Source: Lysobacterales bacterium (GTDB lineage Bacteria > Pseudomonadota > Gammaproteobacteria > Xanthomonadales > Rhodanobacteraceae). From it: DNA of 64,000 nucleotides. The notes below the pieces were generated by a model. It did no database searches and was not told the origin of the DNA. It was given only the letters and a program-made list of their open reading frames with translations. Both the position numbers and the translations under genes were made by a program. Positions 1-8,597 of the stretch are shown piece after piece (the stretch's first letter is position 1; the number at the start of each line of letters is the position of its first letter). Location: positions 32,472 to 96,471 of the forward strand of contig JADKJL010000008.1 of NCBI GenBank assembly GCA_016721015.1. The letters run 5' to 3'.

Positions 1-1
1 C

Positions 2-1285
2 CTGCCCGGTGATCGTCCACACACCACGCTGCATCTGGCCACGGCAACGGCGTATCAGTACAAACGCGACAGCCTGCGCATTCACGCCAACGTGGTACCG
101 GCCAGCCATGGCGAAACGCGTGGCGAAGTACTTGGCAACGGCGACGGCACCCAGGCACTGCAGCATTTCGCCTTGCGTCAACCGCCGCTGACCTGGCGTC
201 CGGCACCGACCGCTGCCGGCGCGACCAGCACATTGAAGGTGCTGGTCAACGATGTCGAATGGCGCGAAACCGACAGCCTTGCCGGCATCGGCGCGGATGC
301 GCGCGTATTTGTCACTCGCACCGGTGACGACGGCATCACCACAGTCACATTCGGCAACGGCCTTGACGGCACGCGCTTGCCCAGCGGTTTCGAGAATGTC
401 CGCGCCGAATATCGCAGCGGTATCGGCAAGGGTGGCAACGTCGCCGCCAAACAGATCAGCCTGCTGGTGAGCCGTCCGCTCGGCGTGAAGGAGGTCATCA
501 ATCCGTTACGTGCTTCGGGCGGCGCCGATCGCGAAACCAGCGGCCTGATTCGCGAGAACGCGCCGCGCTCGGTAATCGCGCTCGACCGTCTGGTCTCGAC
601 ATCCGACTACGCCGACTTCACCCGGATGTACGCCGGCATCGCCAAGGCCGAAGCGGTGCGACTCAGTGACGGCATGCGCGAACTCGTGCACATCTCGGTC
701 GCCGGAGTCGAGGACATGCCAATCGATCCGGAGTCCGATCTCGTGCGCAACCTGCTTGCATCGTTGCGCAGTCTGGGCGACCCGGGGCTGGTCGTGCAGG
801 TGGCGATGCGCGAGTTGGTGACCTTGGTATTGCAGGCAAAGATCCGCCTTGTCGACGGCTATCGCTGGGAACCGGTGGCGACCGCGGTGCGCGAACGCCT
901 GCTCGATCGCTTCGGCTTCGACCAGCGTCCGCTGGCGCGACCGGCGCTGCTCTGCGAGGTCATCGCCGCCATCCAGTCGGTGCGTGGCGTGGCCTGGGTC
1001 GATGTGGACAATTTCGGCGGCATCCCGGAGACCTTCAACGTCGCTCAGAACGGTGAAAAGCGAAGCCGCAAGCGCGTACTCGCCACCCAGGACTTCATTA
1101 CCGACATTGTCGGCGCCATCGTCGACGTCGACAAGGACAATCCAATGCACGGACGTGCCGGGGTTCCGGCGCAGCGCGTGGAAGCGGGCGCCGCGGAACT
1201 CGAGGGCACCACGATTCGTCCAGCGCGATTGGCGATGTTCTCGCCGGCCGTACCCGACACCCTGATCCTCAACCAGATCACTTGA
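2..1285 (+). CDS. Baseplate assembly protein (baseplate-J / Afp11-like); 5' end lies outside the window
   Basis: The frame is open from nt 2 (LPGDRPHTTLHLATATAYQYKRDSLRIHANVVPASHGETRGEVLGNGDG...), so the Met at 92 in the ORF track is internal. The 'ASHGET..EVLG.GDG...F.L...PLT' block is the signature I recall for the putative baseplate-assembly family of phage-tail-like clusters. The next co-directional gene starts 28 nt downstream. Confidence 0.7.
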   Translation: MPGDRPHTTLHLATATAYQYKRDSLRIHANVVPASHGETRGEVLGNGDGTQALQHFALRQPPLTWRPAPTAAGATSTLKVLVNDVEWRETDSLAGIGADARVFVTRTGDDGITTVTFGNGLDGTRLPSGFENVRAEYRSGIGKGGNVAAKQISLLVSRPLGVKEVINPLRASGGADRETSGLIRENAPRSVIALDRLVSTSDYADFTRMYAGIAKAEAVRLSDGMRELVHISVAGVEDMPIDPESDLVRNLLASLRSLGDPGLVVQVAMRELVTLVLQAKIRLVDGYRWEPVATAVRERLLDRFGFDQRPLARPALLCEVIAAIQSVRGVAWVDVDNFGGIPETFNVAQNGEKRSRKRVLATQDFITDIVGAIVDVDKDNPMHGRAGVPAQRVEAGAAELEGTTIRPARLAMFSPAVPDTLILNQIT

Positions 1286-1312
1286 CGCCAGAGTGAGCCA
1301 GCGAGCGCAGCC

Positions 1313-3661
1313 ATGACCGCATTGTCGACACAACCAGACGCACGCATCGATCGCCTGTATCAGCACTTGCCGGCGATCTACCGCATCCGCGACGCCGAGC
1401 AGGGTTATCCGCTGCAGGCGCTGCTGCGCACGATCTCCGAACAGGTCAATCTGGTCGAAGACGATATCACCCACCTCTACGACAACTGGTTTATCGAGAC
1501 CGCCGACGATTGGGCCGTGCCCTATATTGCCGATCTGCTCGGCTTTCGCCCGGCGACGACAGCGGGCACGCCGGCGCAAACCCTCGATGTTGAAGGTCGC
1601 GCGCTCAATCGGATCCTGGTTCCGCGTCGCGAGATTGCCAACCTGATCCGCAATCGTCGCCGCAAGGGCACCATCGCCCTGCTCGAAGACCTGTCCCGCG
1701 ACGTCGCCGGCTGGCCGGCACGGGCGGTCGAATTCTTCAAGCTGCTCGATCGCGCGCAGCATCTGAATCATGCGCATTTCGATCGGCTCGGCACGCCATC
1801 GCTGCGCGATATGCAGGCGCTGGATCAGGTCGATACGCCGTTTGATCCGCTTGCGCATTGCGTGGATGTCCGGCGTGCCAATTCGCGCCATGTTCCCGGC
1901 GAACATCGCAATCGGTACAACATTCCCAATGTGGGCGTCTTCGTCTGGCGCATGCGCAGCTATCCGGTAACGCGCACTCCCGCGTACTGCGTCGAAGAGG
2001 CTGGCGCGCACTGCTATACCTTCAGCGTGCTCGGCCAGGATGCGCCCCTGTTTCGACGACCGCAGCCGGAACCCGGACCAAACCACATCGCCGAAGAAGC
2101 GAATCTGCCGGTGCCTGTCCGTCGACAGGCGATGCAGGCGGTGCCGAGCGATTTCTACGGTGACGGTCGCAGCCTTGCGATCTGGGCCGAGCAGTGGGCC
2201 CGCCACGATCCGGCGCAGGCGCTGCCGGTCTCGGCGCTGATCGTCGCCGATCTTTCCGGCTGGAGTTACAAGCCTCTGCGCGGCAAGGTCGCGATCGATC
2301 CGCTGCTCGGGCGATTGATGTTTCCACCGACGCAGTTGCCGAAGAAAGGCGTTCGCGTCAGCTACCGCTATGGATTTTCCGCCGACATGGGTGGTGGGGA
2401 ATATCTGCGCACAATGAAGCGCTGGACGTCACGCGAGGAAATCTATGCGCCAATCAAGAACAACGGCAGCTACGACGAATGGCAGGAACAATGGCAAGGC
2501 CTCATCGCCAACGCCGATGTCGCAGCGCTCTACCGCGTCGGCGAAGCGGGCGCCGATGCTCTCCCGCCGCTGCCTCGAATCGCCGACGCCCTGCGCCAAT
2601 GGCAGGAGGATGTACCTCGGCATGCGGTGATTGAACTGGTCAACAGCGGCGTGTGGGTGGAGCCGCTGCACATCCGTCTGCGCCCGGGGCAAACGCTCAG
2701 CTTGCGTGCGGCAAATGGCGTGCGTCCGGTGATTCGCCTGATCGATTGGCAGACCGATTTGCCCGATGCTTTGACTGTCGAGCTGGATGTCGGCAGCCGC
2801 TTTGCCCTCGACGGCGTGATCGTGACCGGGCGGCCACTGCACGTATCGGCACCGCGCGACCCAACCACCTATGCCGCTGCTGCCGCGGCCACGCCGAACT
2901 GTGCGGCCGAAGTCCTGATCCGCCACTGCACGCTGGTCCCCGGCTGGGGCATCGACTGCAACTGCGAACCGGAGCGGCCAGCCGAGCCCAGTCTCGAGCT
3001 GCACCAGATCAAGGCGCGCGTATGCATCGAGCACAGCATCATCGGCTCGATCCAGTTGCAGCAGGATGAAGTCGGCAGCGATCCGATCCCGCTGTTGATC
3101 GCGGACAGCATCGTTGACGCCGCCGACGGTGAACATGAAGCGATCGGCGCAGTCGGCGACGCGCTCGCGCATGCCGTGCTGACGATCAAACGCAGCACCG
3201 TGTTCGGGGTTGTCGAAGTGCATGCGCTCGAGCTGGCCGAAAACAGTCTGTTCAACGATTGCCTGGATGTCGCCAGACGGCAGATCGGCTGCATGCGCTT
3301 CTGCCACGTGCCGCGCCATTGCCGCACGCCGCGTCGTTACCGCTGCCAACCCGATCAGGTCGTCGCCGCGGTGCGCGATTTGCATTTGCCCGCTTCCGCT
3401 GCCGGCGATGCCGAAGCTGAACGCATCGCCAGTGAAATCCTGCGCGTGCGCCCTCGCTACGATGCGCGCCGCTACGGGCAACCGGGGTACGCACGGCTGA
3501 GTACACAGTGTGCCGAAGAGATAAAGCGCGGCGCTGACGACGAATCCGAAATGGGTGTCTATCACGATCTGTTCCAACCGCAACGCGAGGCCAATCTGCG
3601 CGCGCGCCTCGATGAATACACGCCGGCCGGCATGACGGTCGGACTCCTCTTTGCCGACTGA
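1313..3661 (+). CDS. Phage tail protein with P2 gpI-like N-terminal domain (Afp12-like baseplate component)
   Basis: The N-terminus RIDRLYQHLPAIYRIRDAE..LQALLRTISEQVNLVEDDITHLYDNWFIETADDWAVPYIADLLG matches the conserved tail-protein-I domain as I remember it. 782 aa, GC3-rich codons, tightly spaced with the flanking tail-module genes. Confidence 0.7.
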   Translation: MTALSTQPDARIDRLYQHLPAIYRIRDAEQGYPLQALLRTISEQVNLVEDDITHLYDNWFIETADDWAVPYIADLLGFRPATTAGTPAQTLDVEGRALNRILVPRREIANLIRNRRRKGTIALLEDLSRDVAGWPARAVEFFKLLDRAQHLNHAHFDRLGTPSLRDMQALDQVDTPFDPLAHCVDVRRANSRHVPGEHRNRYNIPNVGVFVWRMRSYPVTRTPAYCVEEAGAHCYTFSVLGQDAPLFRRPQPEPGPNHIAEEANLPVPVRRQAMQAVPSDFYGDGRSLAIWAEQWARHDPAQALPVSALIVADLSGWSYKPLRGKVAIDPLLGRLMFPPTQLPKKGVRVSYRYGFSADMGGGEYLRTMKRWTSREEIYAPIKNNGSYDEWQEQWQGLIANADVAALYRVGEAGADALPPLPRIADALRQWQEDVPRHAVIELVNSGVWVEPLHIRLRPGQTLSLRAANGVRPVIRLIDWQTDLPDALTVELDVGSRFALDGVIVTGRPLHVSAPRDPTTYAAAAAATPNCAAEVLIRHCTLVPGWGIDCNCEPERPAEPSLELHQIKARVCIEHSIIGSIQLQQDEVGSDPIPLLIADSIVDAADGEHEAIGAVGDALAHAVLTIKRSTVFGVVEVHALELAENSLFNDCLDVARRQIGCMRFCHVPRHCRTPRRYRCQPDQVVAAVRDLHLPASAAGDAEAERIASEILRVRPRYDARRYGQPGYARLSTQCAEEIKRGADDESEMGVYHDLFQPQREANLRARLDEYTPAGMTVGLLFAD

Positions 3662-3679
3662 CTCGGAAAGGATGCAACC

Positions 3680-5308
3680 ATGAAAGGCGATTTCTCTCGG
3701 GTGACGTTTGATCCCCGCAACCATTTCAGCCAGGTGCTGCTGCAGCAAGGCCGCGTCACCCTGGATGCCGACCCCAACGAGCAGGGCGCGATCCTGCTGC
3801 ACACCCTGCGCACCCTGGCGCGGGATCTGTTTGGGCCCTACGGCGGACCGGTGGACGGGCTGGGCTTCGGCCTCAGCGTTGATACGGCCGACGCGACGCC
3901 GGCCTTGATCGTCGGTGCCGGGCGCTACTACGTCGACGGCATCCTCTGCGAATCCGACGGTTGCGATTACATCGATCAGCCTCACCATGTGCCGCGCGCC
4001 GCGGACGGCAACGCCGCCGGTGATGCTCTGCGCACCTGGCTCGACGATCGCGGCAACAGCGACGCGCTGTTCTGGATCTATCTGGATGTATGGGAGCGTC
4101 ATGTCACCGCGATCGAGCATCCGTCGATCCGCGAAGTCGCCCTTGGCGGCCCCGACACTTGCAGCCGCGTCCAGGTCATCTGGCAGGTTCGAGCGCTGGA
4201 GCGCGCTCAGTTCGAGTCCGGTTTGAAGCAGCGCATTGAGTACAACGAGAAGCGTCTGAAGCAAACCCAGAGTGCCGTCGAGCGCGCACGTCTGGAAGCG
4301 TTGCTCACACGCCTGCGGGAAGGCATGGCATTGTTGGAGGCCGACGTTTCCAAAGCATGCGCAGTGCCACTGTTGGCCCTTGGTCGTGACAATCTGCCGG
4401 AACTTGCCGCACGCATCGACCCCGGCCAGCGCCTCGACGACCCTTGCATCACCAGCCCCGAATCCGGCTATCGCGGTGCCGAGAATCATCTCTATCGGGT
4501 CGAGATTCATCAAGGCAACGCCAACGGCGCGAAGGCAACGTTCAAGTGGTCGCGCGACAACGGCAGTGTGGTGACGCGTTGGCTGGCCGCCGCCGGCGAG
4601 CGATTGACGGTCGCCAACAGTCGTGATTTCAGCGCAGGACAATGGGTTGAGTTGAGCAATGACGAGGATGATCTGCTTGGACGCGCAGGGCCGCTGTTCC
4701 GGATTGCCAGCGTGGATGCCGATCAGTTGACGATCGAAGGCACGCCGGCGTGGCTGGTGGATGCGTCCAATCCAAAACTGCGTCGCTGGGATCAAGTCGC
4801 CCTGGGTGATGTTCAACTTGATGGCGGAGCGGTGCCAGTCGTCGAGAGCAGCGCCACCGATCCTGCCTGGATCGATCTTGAAGATGGCATCCAGATTCGC
4901 TTCGCCGCAGATTGCGAGTATCGAAGCGGCGATTACTGGTTGTTCCCCGCGCGCGTCGCCACCGGCAAAGTCGAATGGCCACTCGATGCCAGCGGCGATG
5001 CGCTGCCGCAGCCACCATCTGGCATCGAACACCACTATGCGCCGCTGGGTTTTATCCGCCAATCCGACAATGGCGAGGGATTCGACTTGCAGAGCTGCGC
5101 ATGTACGGTCTATCCGCTCAACAGCTGTGGGGCGTTTGCTGCGCGGATTACACCGAGAGAGCGTCCGCTGCCCCTGCCCGACGCTGCCCCAACCAAGCCG
5201 AAAACAACCGATCCGACGGTAGGAAGTGTGGGCAAACCCATCGGCGCCAAAGCCGCGCCCAAGCCAAACAAGAAACCCGTGGTCAAGAAACGCAACCCGC
5301 CCGCCTGA
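3680..5308 (+). CDS. Conserved distal protein of phage-tail-like clusters (DUF6519-like N-terminus); possible fibre or target-binding component
   Basis: MKGDFSRVTFDPRNHFSQVLLQQGRVTLDADPNEQ is close to the N-terminal signature I recall for this family. It starts 19 nt after the preceding stop, behind ggaaaggatgcaacc-ATG. It has a Lys/Pro-rich C-terminal tail. Confidence 0.55.
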   Translation: MKGDFSRVTFDPRNHFSQVLLQQGRVTLDADPNEQGAILLHTLRTLARDLFGPYGGPVDGLGFGLSVDTADATPALIVGAGRYYVDGILCESDGCDYIDQPHHVPRAADGNAAGDALRTWLDDRGNSDALFWIYLDVWERHVTAIEHPSIREVALGGPDTCSRVQVIWQVRALERAQFESGLKQRIEYNEKRLKQTQSAVERARLEALLTRLREGMALLEADVSKACAVPLLALGRDNLPELAARIDPGQRLDDPCITSPESGYRGAENHLYRVEIHQGNANGAKATFKWSRDNGSVVTRWLAAAGERLTVANSRDFSAGQWVELSNDEDDLLGRAGPLFRIASVDADQLTIEGTPAWLVDASNPKLRRWDQVALGDVQLDGGAVPVVESSATDPAWIDLEDGIQIRFAADCEYRSGDYWLFPARVATGKVEWPLDASGDALPQPPSGIEHHYAPLGFIRQSDNGEGFDLQSCACTVYPLNSCGAFAARITPRERPLPLPDAAPTKPKTTDPTVGSVGKPIGAKAAPKPNKKPVVKKRNPPA

Positions 5309-5412
5309 GCAAATATTTTCCTGGCTGACGCTGCGGCACCGGCAACGGTATCGCAGCACGGGCACGGACGGGCACGCGCCCGCTGCTGACGCTCCAAAAT
5401 GTCCCGCCGAGC

Positions 5413-5820
5413 TTAGAAAAATTCTTCAATGCAGCGCACGAAGGTTTCGCGTTTGCGCGCAGGAATTCGCCGAAACGCGGCCAGCAGTCTCGTCTCGATT
5501 TGATCTTCGGCAAACGAGCCGGCTTCAATCACCGGCGTTTCCTGCTCAGTCACGGCGACCGTGCCACGGCCCGTCGAGAGCCATTCGAAGGCGACCGAGC
5601 AGGCGACCGCCGTGCCAAGCAGATGCTCGACCGTGGGAAACGTTCCTGCCTTCAGTTCCCATTGCGCCACGGCGCTCGGGGCCACCCCAAGTTTCCTGGC
5701 CAGAGCGGCCTGGGTCAACTGGGCCAACCGGCGTGCGTGTCGAATCCGGTTCGGTAGCGGTCCGTGGTAGGACTTGTCTGCGGCGCGACGCTTGGGCTCG
5801 TTCATGTCGATTCTCAGCAT
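5413..5820 (-). CDS. XRE-family helix-turn-helix transcriptional regulator
   Basis: RIRHARRLAQLTQAALARKLGVAPSAVAQWE is a classic Cro/C1-type HTH. An alternative start at 5805 (MNEPKRR) is equally plausible. Confidence 0.75.
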   Translation of the reverse strand: MLRIDMNEPKRRAADKSYHGPLPNRIRHARRLAQLTQAALARKLGVAPSAVAQWELKAGTFPTVEHLLGTAVACSVAFEWLSTGRGTVAVTEQETPVIEAGSFAEDQIETRLLAAFRRIPARKRETFVRCIEEFF

Positions 5821-5876
5821 GACTTCACGATTAAGTTTAACTGATCACAATTGCTTAGGTGCTCTTTCACGGATGT

Positions 5877-5892
5877 TCCAAACATGTTTGGA
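5877..5892. promoter_or_regulatory. 16-bp perfect palindrome tccaaacatgtttgga; candidate operator in the XRE / M6-protease intergenic region
   Basis: Read directly from the sequence. It lies about 57 nt upstream of the XRE start, in a visibly lower-GC 460-bp spacer. It is flanked by ttgcttagg (5851-5859) / cctaagcaa (5913-5921) inverted repeats. Confidence 0.35.
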
Positions 5893-6282
5893 TTGCGATT
5901 GTTGCTATTCGACCTAAGCAAAGCTTAGGGCAACCACGCAAACACGAGCTGGGTTTGCAACTTCCGCCGGCGCAGAATGCAATCGTTGTTGGTTTACACG
6001 CTTTGCGGCTGGGAGAACTGAACAACTACTCGGGGTTGCTGGTCACGGCTTCAATTCGTTGGAGACAGGCGGTCGAATAGTCCAACCGCGAGCGCAATTG
6101 AATCCTTCACTCGCCTGTGCAGTGATTTCGAGCTGCAGGAGGCTGCGCGCAGACGCAAGCGAGGCAGAAGCCGCTCCGCAAACTGGAGGCACCCCGCGAC
6201 GAATGCAGCCGTAGATGCGCATTCGCGCACAATTTCACGTAACAAGGCTCATGCATTGAACCCACACCATTGGAGATAGTCC

Positions 6283-7683
6283 ATGCCCTGTCGAAACCCG
6301 CACCACCATGACGATGGCCCCACCGCGTGCCGCCCGACCAATGCGGTTTTGCGCAGCATCAAGCGCGAGATCAAGAATGCACGCGCACTGTCGGCCGCAG
6401 ACGTGCGTCTGGCAGCCAACATGGGCTTGATCTCCGTTGATTTGCCGCGGCGCACCGGGTTCAATGATGGTGTTTTCTATCCGGCAAATGCGATCAATCT
6501 GAACCGTGCGCCGGCGGATCGACCGTTGCGTGCTGCGCGCATGGAACGCGCGGACGCGAGCAAGAAAGCGGCAAAACGAAAGTTGCACGCCATCGCCTTG
6601 CTGGTCGATTTTCACGACAACAAGGGCACCCGGCCCGCGGCTGATTTCGCGAAGATGTTGTTCGACAAATCCAACCCAGCCTCGATGACCAACATCTACA
6701 AGGACATGTCCTACGGCATGCTCGACGTAAGTGGCGAGGTGGCTGGCTGGCTGCGCATGCCAAAGGCTTACAGCTTCTACACGAACGGTGAAAGTGGCAC
6801 GGGAGACAACTATCCGAAGAACACCCCGGGCCTTCTGTTCGATGCGCTGACGGAATTCTGCAAGAACGACAATCTAAAGCGATTCGACCTTGACGGGGAC
6901 GGCTTTGTGGACGGCATCTTCCTTATTCATGCCGGAGGTGGCGCCGAAGCCGAGCCCAATCCGGCGACGCGCAAGGAAATGATCTGGTCGCACAAGTGGA
7001 CCTTGCCGCAGGCCTTCGTCAACAAGGGTATTCGGGTGTTTGCGTACTCCACCGAACCCGAGGACGGCAGGGTCGGAGTTTTCTCCCATGAATTTGGCCA
7101 TGTGCTCGGACTCCCGGATCTGTACGACACCTCCTACCGATCGGAAGGCGTGGGCGATTGGTGTCTCATGGGTGGCGGTTCATGGGGCGGCGCTGGCCTC
7201 AGTCCGACACGCATGAGTTGTTGGTGCCTGAGCAAGCTGGGCTGGATCAAGCCACGCAAGGCGAAGTCGGCGCTGTATACGCTGGACACACTCGAGAATG
7301 ATGCCGATGCCTGTCTGTGGGCATGGACCGCTGGGAAATCGGGGCCGGAATATTTTCTCATCGAAAATCGCCAGGCCAGCGGGCGGGACAAATCCTTGCC
7401 GGGCTCCGGTCTGGCGATTTGGCACATCAATGAAAATCAGTCGGACAACACCAATCCGCTTTCCTACAAGGTGGGCTTGGTGCAAGCCGATGGAATGCGG
7501 GACCTGGAGCGTGCGGCAAACAGGGGAGATGCGGGCGATGTATTTCCGGGCACGGCCGGGGTGAAGCGCATAGACGATGCAACCACGCCATCGACCGCCG
7601 CGCAGAACGGTCTGCCGAGCAAGGTTGCCTTCAGCGCGATGTCGGTGAGTGCCGGCAAGGCAAAGGTTCGCGTCAAGGTTTAG
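6283..7683 (+). CDS. M6-family (immune inhibitor A-like) zinc metalloprotease domain protein; no signal peptide seen
   Basis: HEFGHVLGLPDLYD zinc site. LHAIALLVDFHDNKG and GIFLIHAGGGAE blocks are typical of the M6 domain. Good RBS (ggagatagtcc-ATG). The first ~100 aa are polar and charged, with no hydrophobic h-region. Confidence 0.85.
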   Translation: MPCRNPHHHDDGPTACRPTNAVLRSIKREIKNARALSAADVRLAANMGLISVDLPRRTGFNDGVFYPANAINLNRAPADRPLRAARMERADASKKAAKRKLHAIALLVDFHDNKGTRPAADFAKMLFDKSNPASMTNIYKDMSYGMLDVSGEVAGWLRMPKAYSFYTNGESGTGDNYPKNTPGLLFDALTEFCKNDNLKRFDLDGDGFVDGIFLIHAGGGAEAEPNPATRKEMIWSHKWTLPQAFVNKGIRVFAYSTEPEDGRVGVFSHEFGHVLGLPDLYDTSYRSEGVGDWCLMGGGSWGGAGLSPTRMSCWCLSKLGWIKPRKAKSALYTLDTLENDADACLWAWTAGKSGPEYFLIENRQASGRDKSLPGSGLAIWHINENQSDNTNPLSYKVGLVQADGMRDLERAANRGDAGDVFPGTAGVKRIDDATTPSTAAQNGLPSKVAFSAMSVSAGKAKVRVKV

Positions 7684-7747
7684 TCGAGGGATTGACTACC
7701 CCGCAAGGACGGTCATGGTTTCTCATTGGCCCCGATTGCCCGACGAT

Positions 7748-7775
7748 TGCAGCCGTCCGCGTAGAGGCGGCTGCA
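7748..7775. terminator. Stem-loop tgcagccg-N12-cggctgca between convergent genes; possible bidirectional terminator
   Basis: The 8-bp perfect stem is seen directly. There is no U-tract on either side, so it is not a canonical intrinsic terminator. Confidence 0.3.
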
Positions 7776-7837
7776 TCTCCCTGACCACGTCACAGTTCAC
7801 CAAAGGATTGGCATTGGAAGTGGCTGATCCAACGTGA

Positions 7838-8128
7838 TCAGGGAACCGCGGTGATCGCCTGGACAACGGTACGCTCTCCTCGCGGCCCCCCCAGCACGGT
7901 CAATTCGATGTCGACCGTTTGTCCGGGTTCAATGACGGGTTGTTCGTGCGCGAACGCCTTGATCGACGAGCCGACTTTCGGCTTCAGGAAATCCTCATCC
8001 GCTGAGGCCGAATCATTGCGCAGAACCTGCAAATCAAGTTCGCCACCGTAACCATCGGCAGCGGGGGCATAGGCATTGAGTACCGCGCGCACTCGTGTGC
8101 GGTTTGGGCGCATTCCAGCCATCGTCAC
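7838..8128 (-). CDS. Hypothetical 96-aa protein (no family recognised)
   Basis: RBS gaggacagtgacg-ATG on the minus strand. Composition is non-repetitive with balanced charge (…LDLQVLRNDSASADEDFLKPKVGSSIKAFAHEQPVIEPGQTVDIELTVLGGP…). It is convergent with the M6 protease gene. Confidence 0.45.
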   Translation of the reverse strand: MTMAGMRPNRTRVRAVLNAYAPAADGYGGELDLQVLRNDSASADEDFLKPKVGSSIKAFAHEQPVIEPGQTVDIELTVLGGPRGERTVVQAITAVP

Positions 8129-8240
8129 TGTCCTCGATCAGGGAAACGCCGCGTTTCCGGTGTGAATCCGATATCGGCAGGCCGAGTTTGCGCGTCGAAT
8201 GTGGCCGAAGTCGAATTCACCTCCCAGGCTGGCGTCAACG

Positions 8241-8353
8241 CCCTTCGCCCTTCGCCCTTCGCTCTCCACTCGATGCTCGATGCTCGATGCTCGATGCTCG
8301 ATGCTCGATGCTCGATGCTCGATGCTCGATGCTCGATGCTCGATGCTCGATGC
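8241..8353. repeat. Heptanucleotide microsatellites: (CCCTTCG)x3 at 8241-8261, then (CGATGCT)x~11.9 at 8271-8353
   Basis: Counted directly. 8271-8340 is exactly 10 units, followed by one full and one 6/7 unit. The array is intergenic, between the divergent 96-aa gene (start 8128) and the lipoate-ligase small subunit gene (start ~8598). Confidence 0.95.
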
Positions 8354-8597
8354 GCGGTCTTCGCCAGGATAGCCCGTGCAATCGATGATCATGGATGACG
8401 TGGTTACCGGTGTCGGATTGGCGGATTTGCGCTGTATCATTCGAGCAGACGTGACTTGGGTTTCTCTGTTTCGCACTCTCATCCCGTTGCCCATCCGAGG
8501 CCGATTCTCTTCCGTTTCATTTCGAGGCGATCGGTCGATAGGAAAGGCGCGATCGAATCCGCACGATCAATGCATGCATGTTGAGGGACTGGACCGA

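Noticed and set aside
2429-5365. 978-aa minus-strand ORF, the longest in the track, antisense to the tail-module genes
   Set aside because: It is a shadow ORF typical of high-GC DNA: Arg/Ala/Gly-rich, with no motifs, no RBS, and wholly overlapped by two well-supported plus-strand genes. The same reasoning applies to 506..2206(-), 13107..14501(+), 17632..18750(+), 21827..23809(-), 26897..27739(-), 32595..33734(+), 35730..36788(+), 37601..38569(+), 43388..44947(+), 53397..54956(+), 56420..57691(-) and 61211..62149(-).
8095-8494. ORFs encoding (MLDARCS)n / (SSIEHRA)n peptides
   Set aside because: They are produced by reading through the 7-bp microsatellite, since a 7-nt unit gives a 7-aa repeat in every frame. 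There is no RBS and no flanking coding signal.
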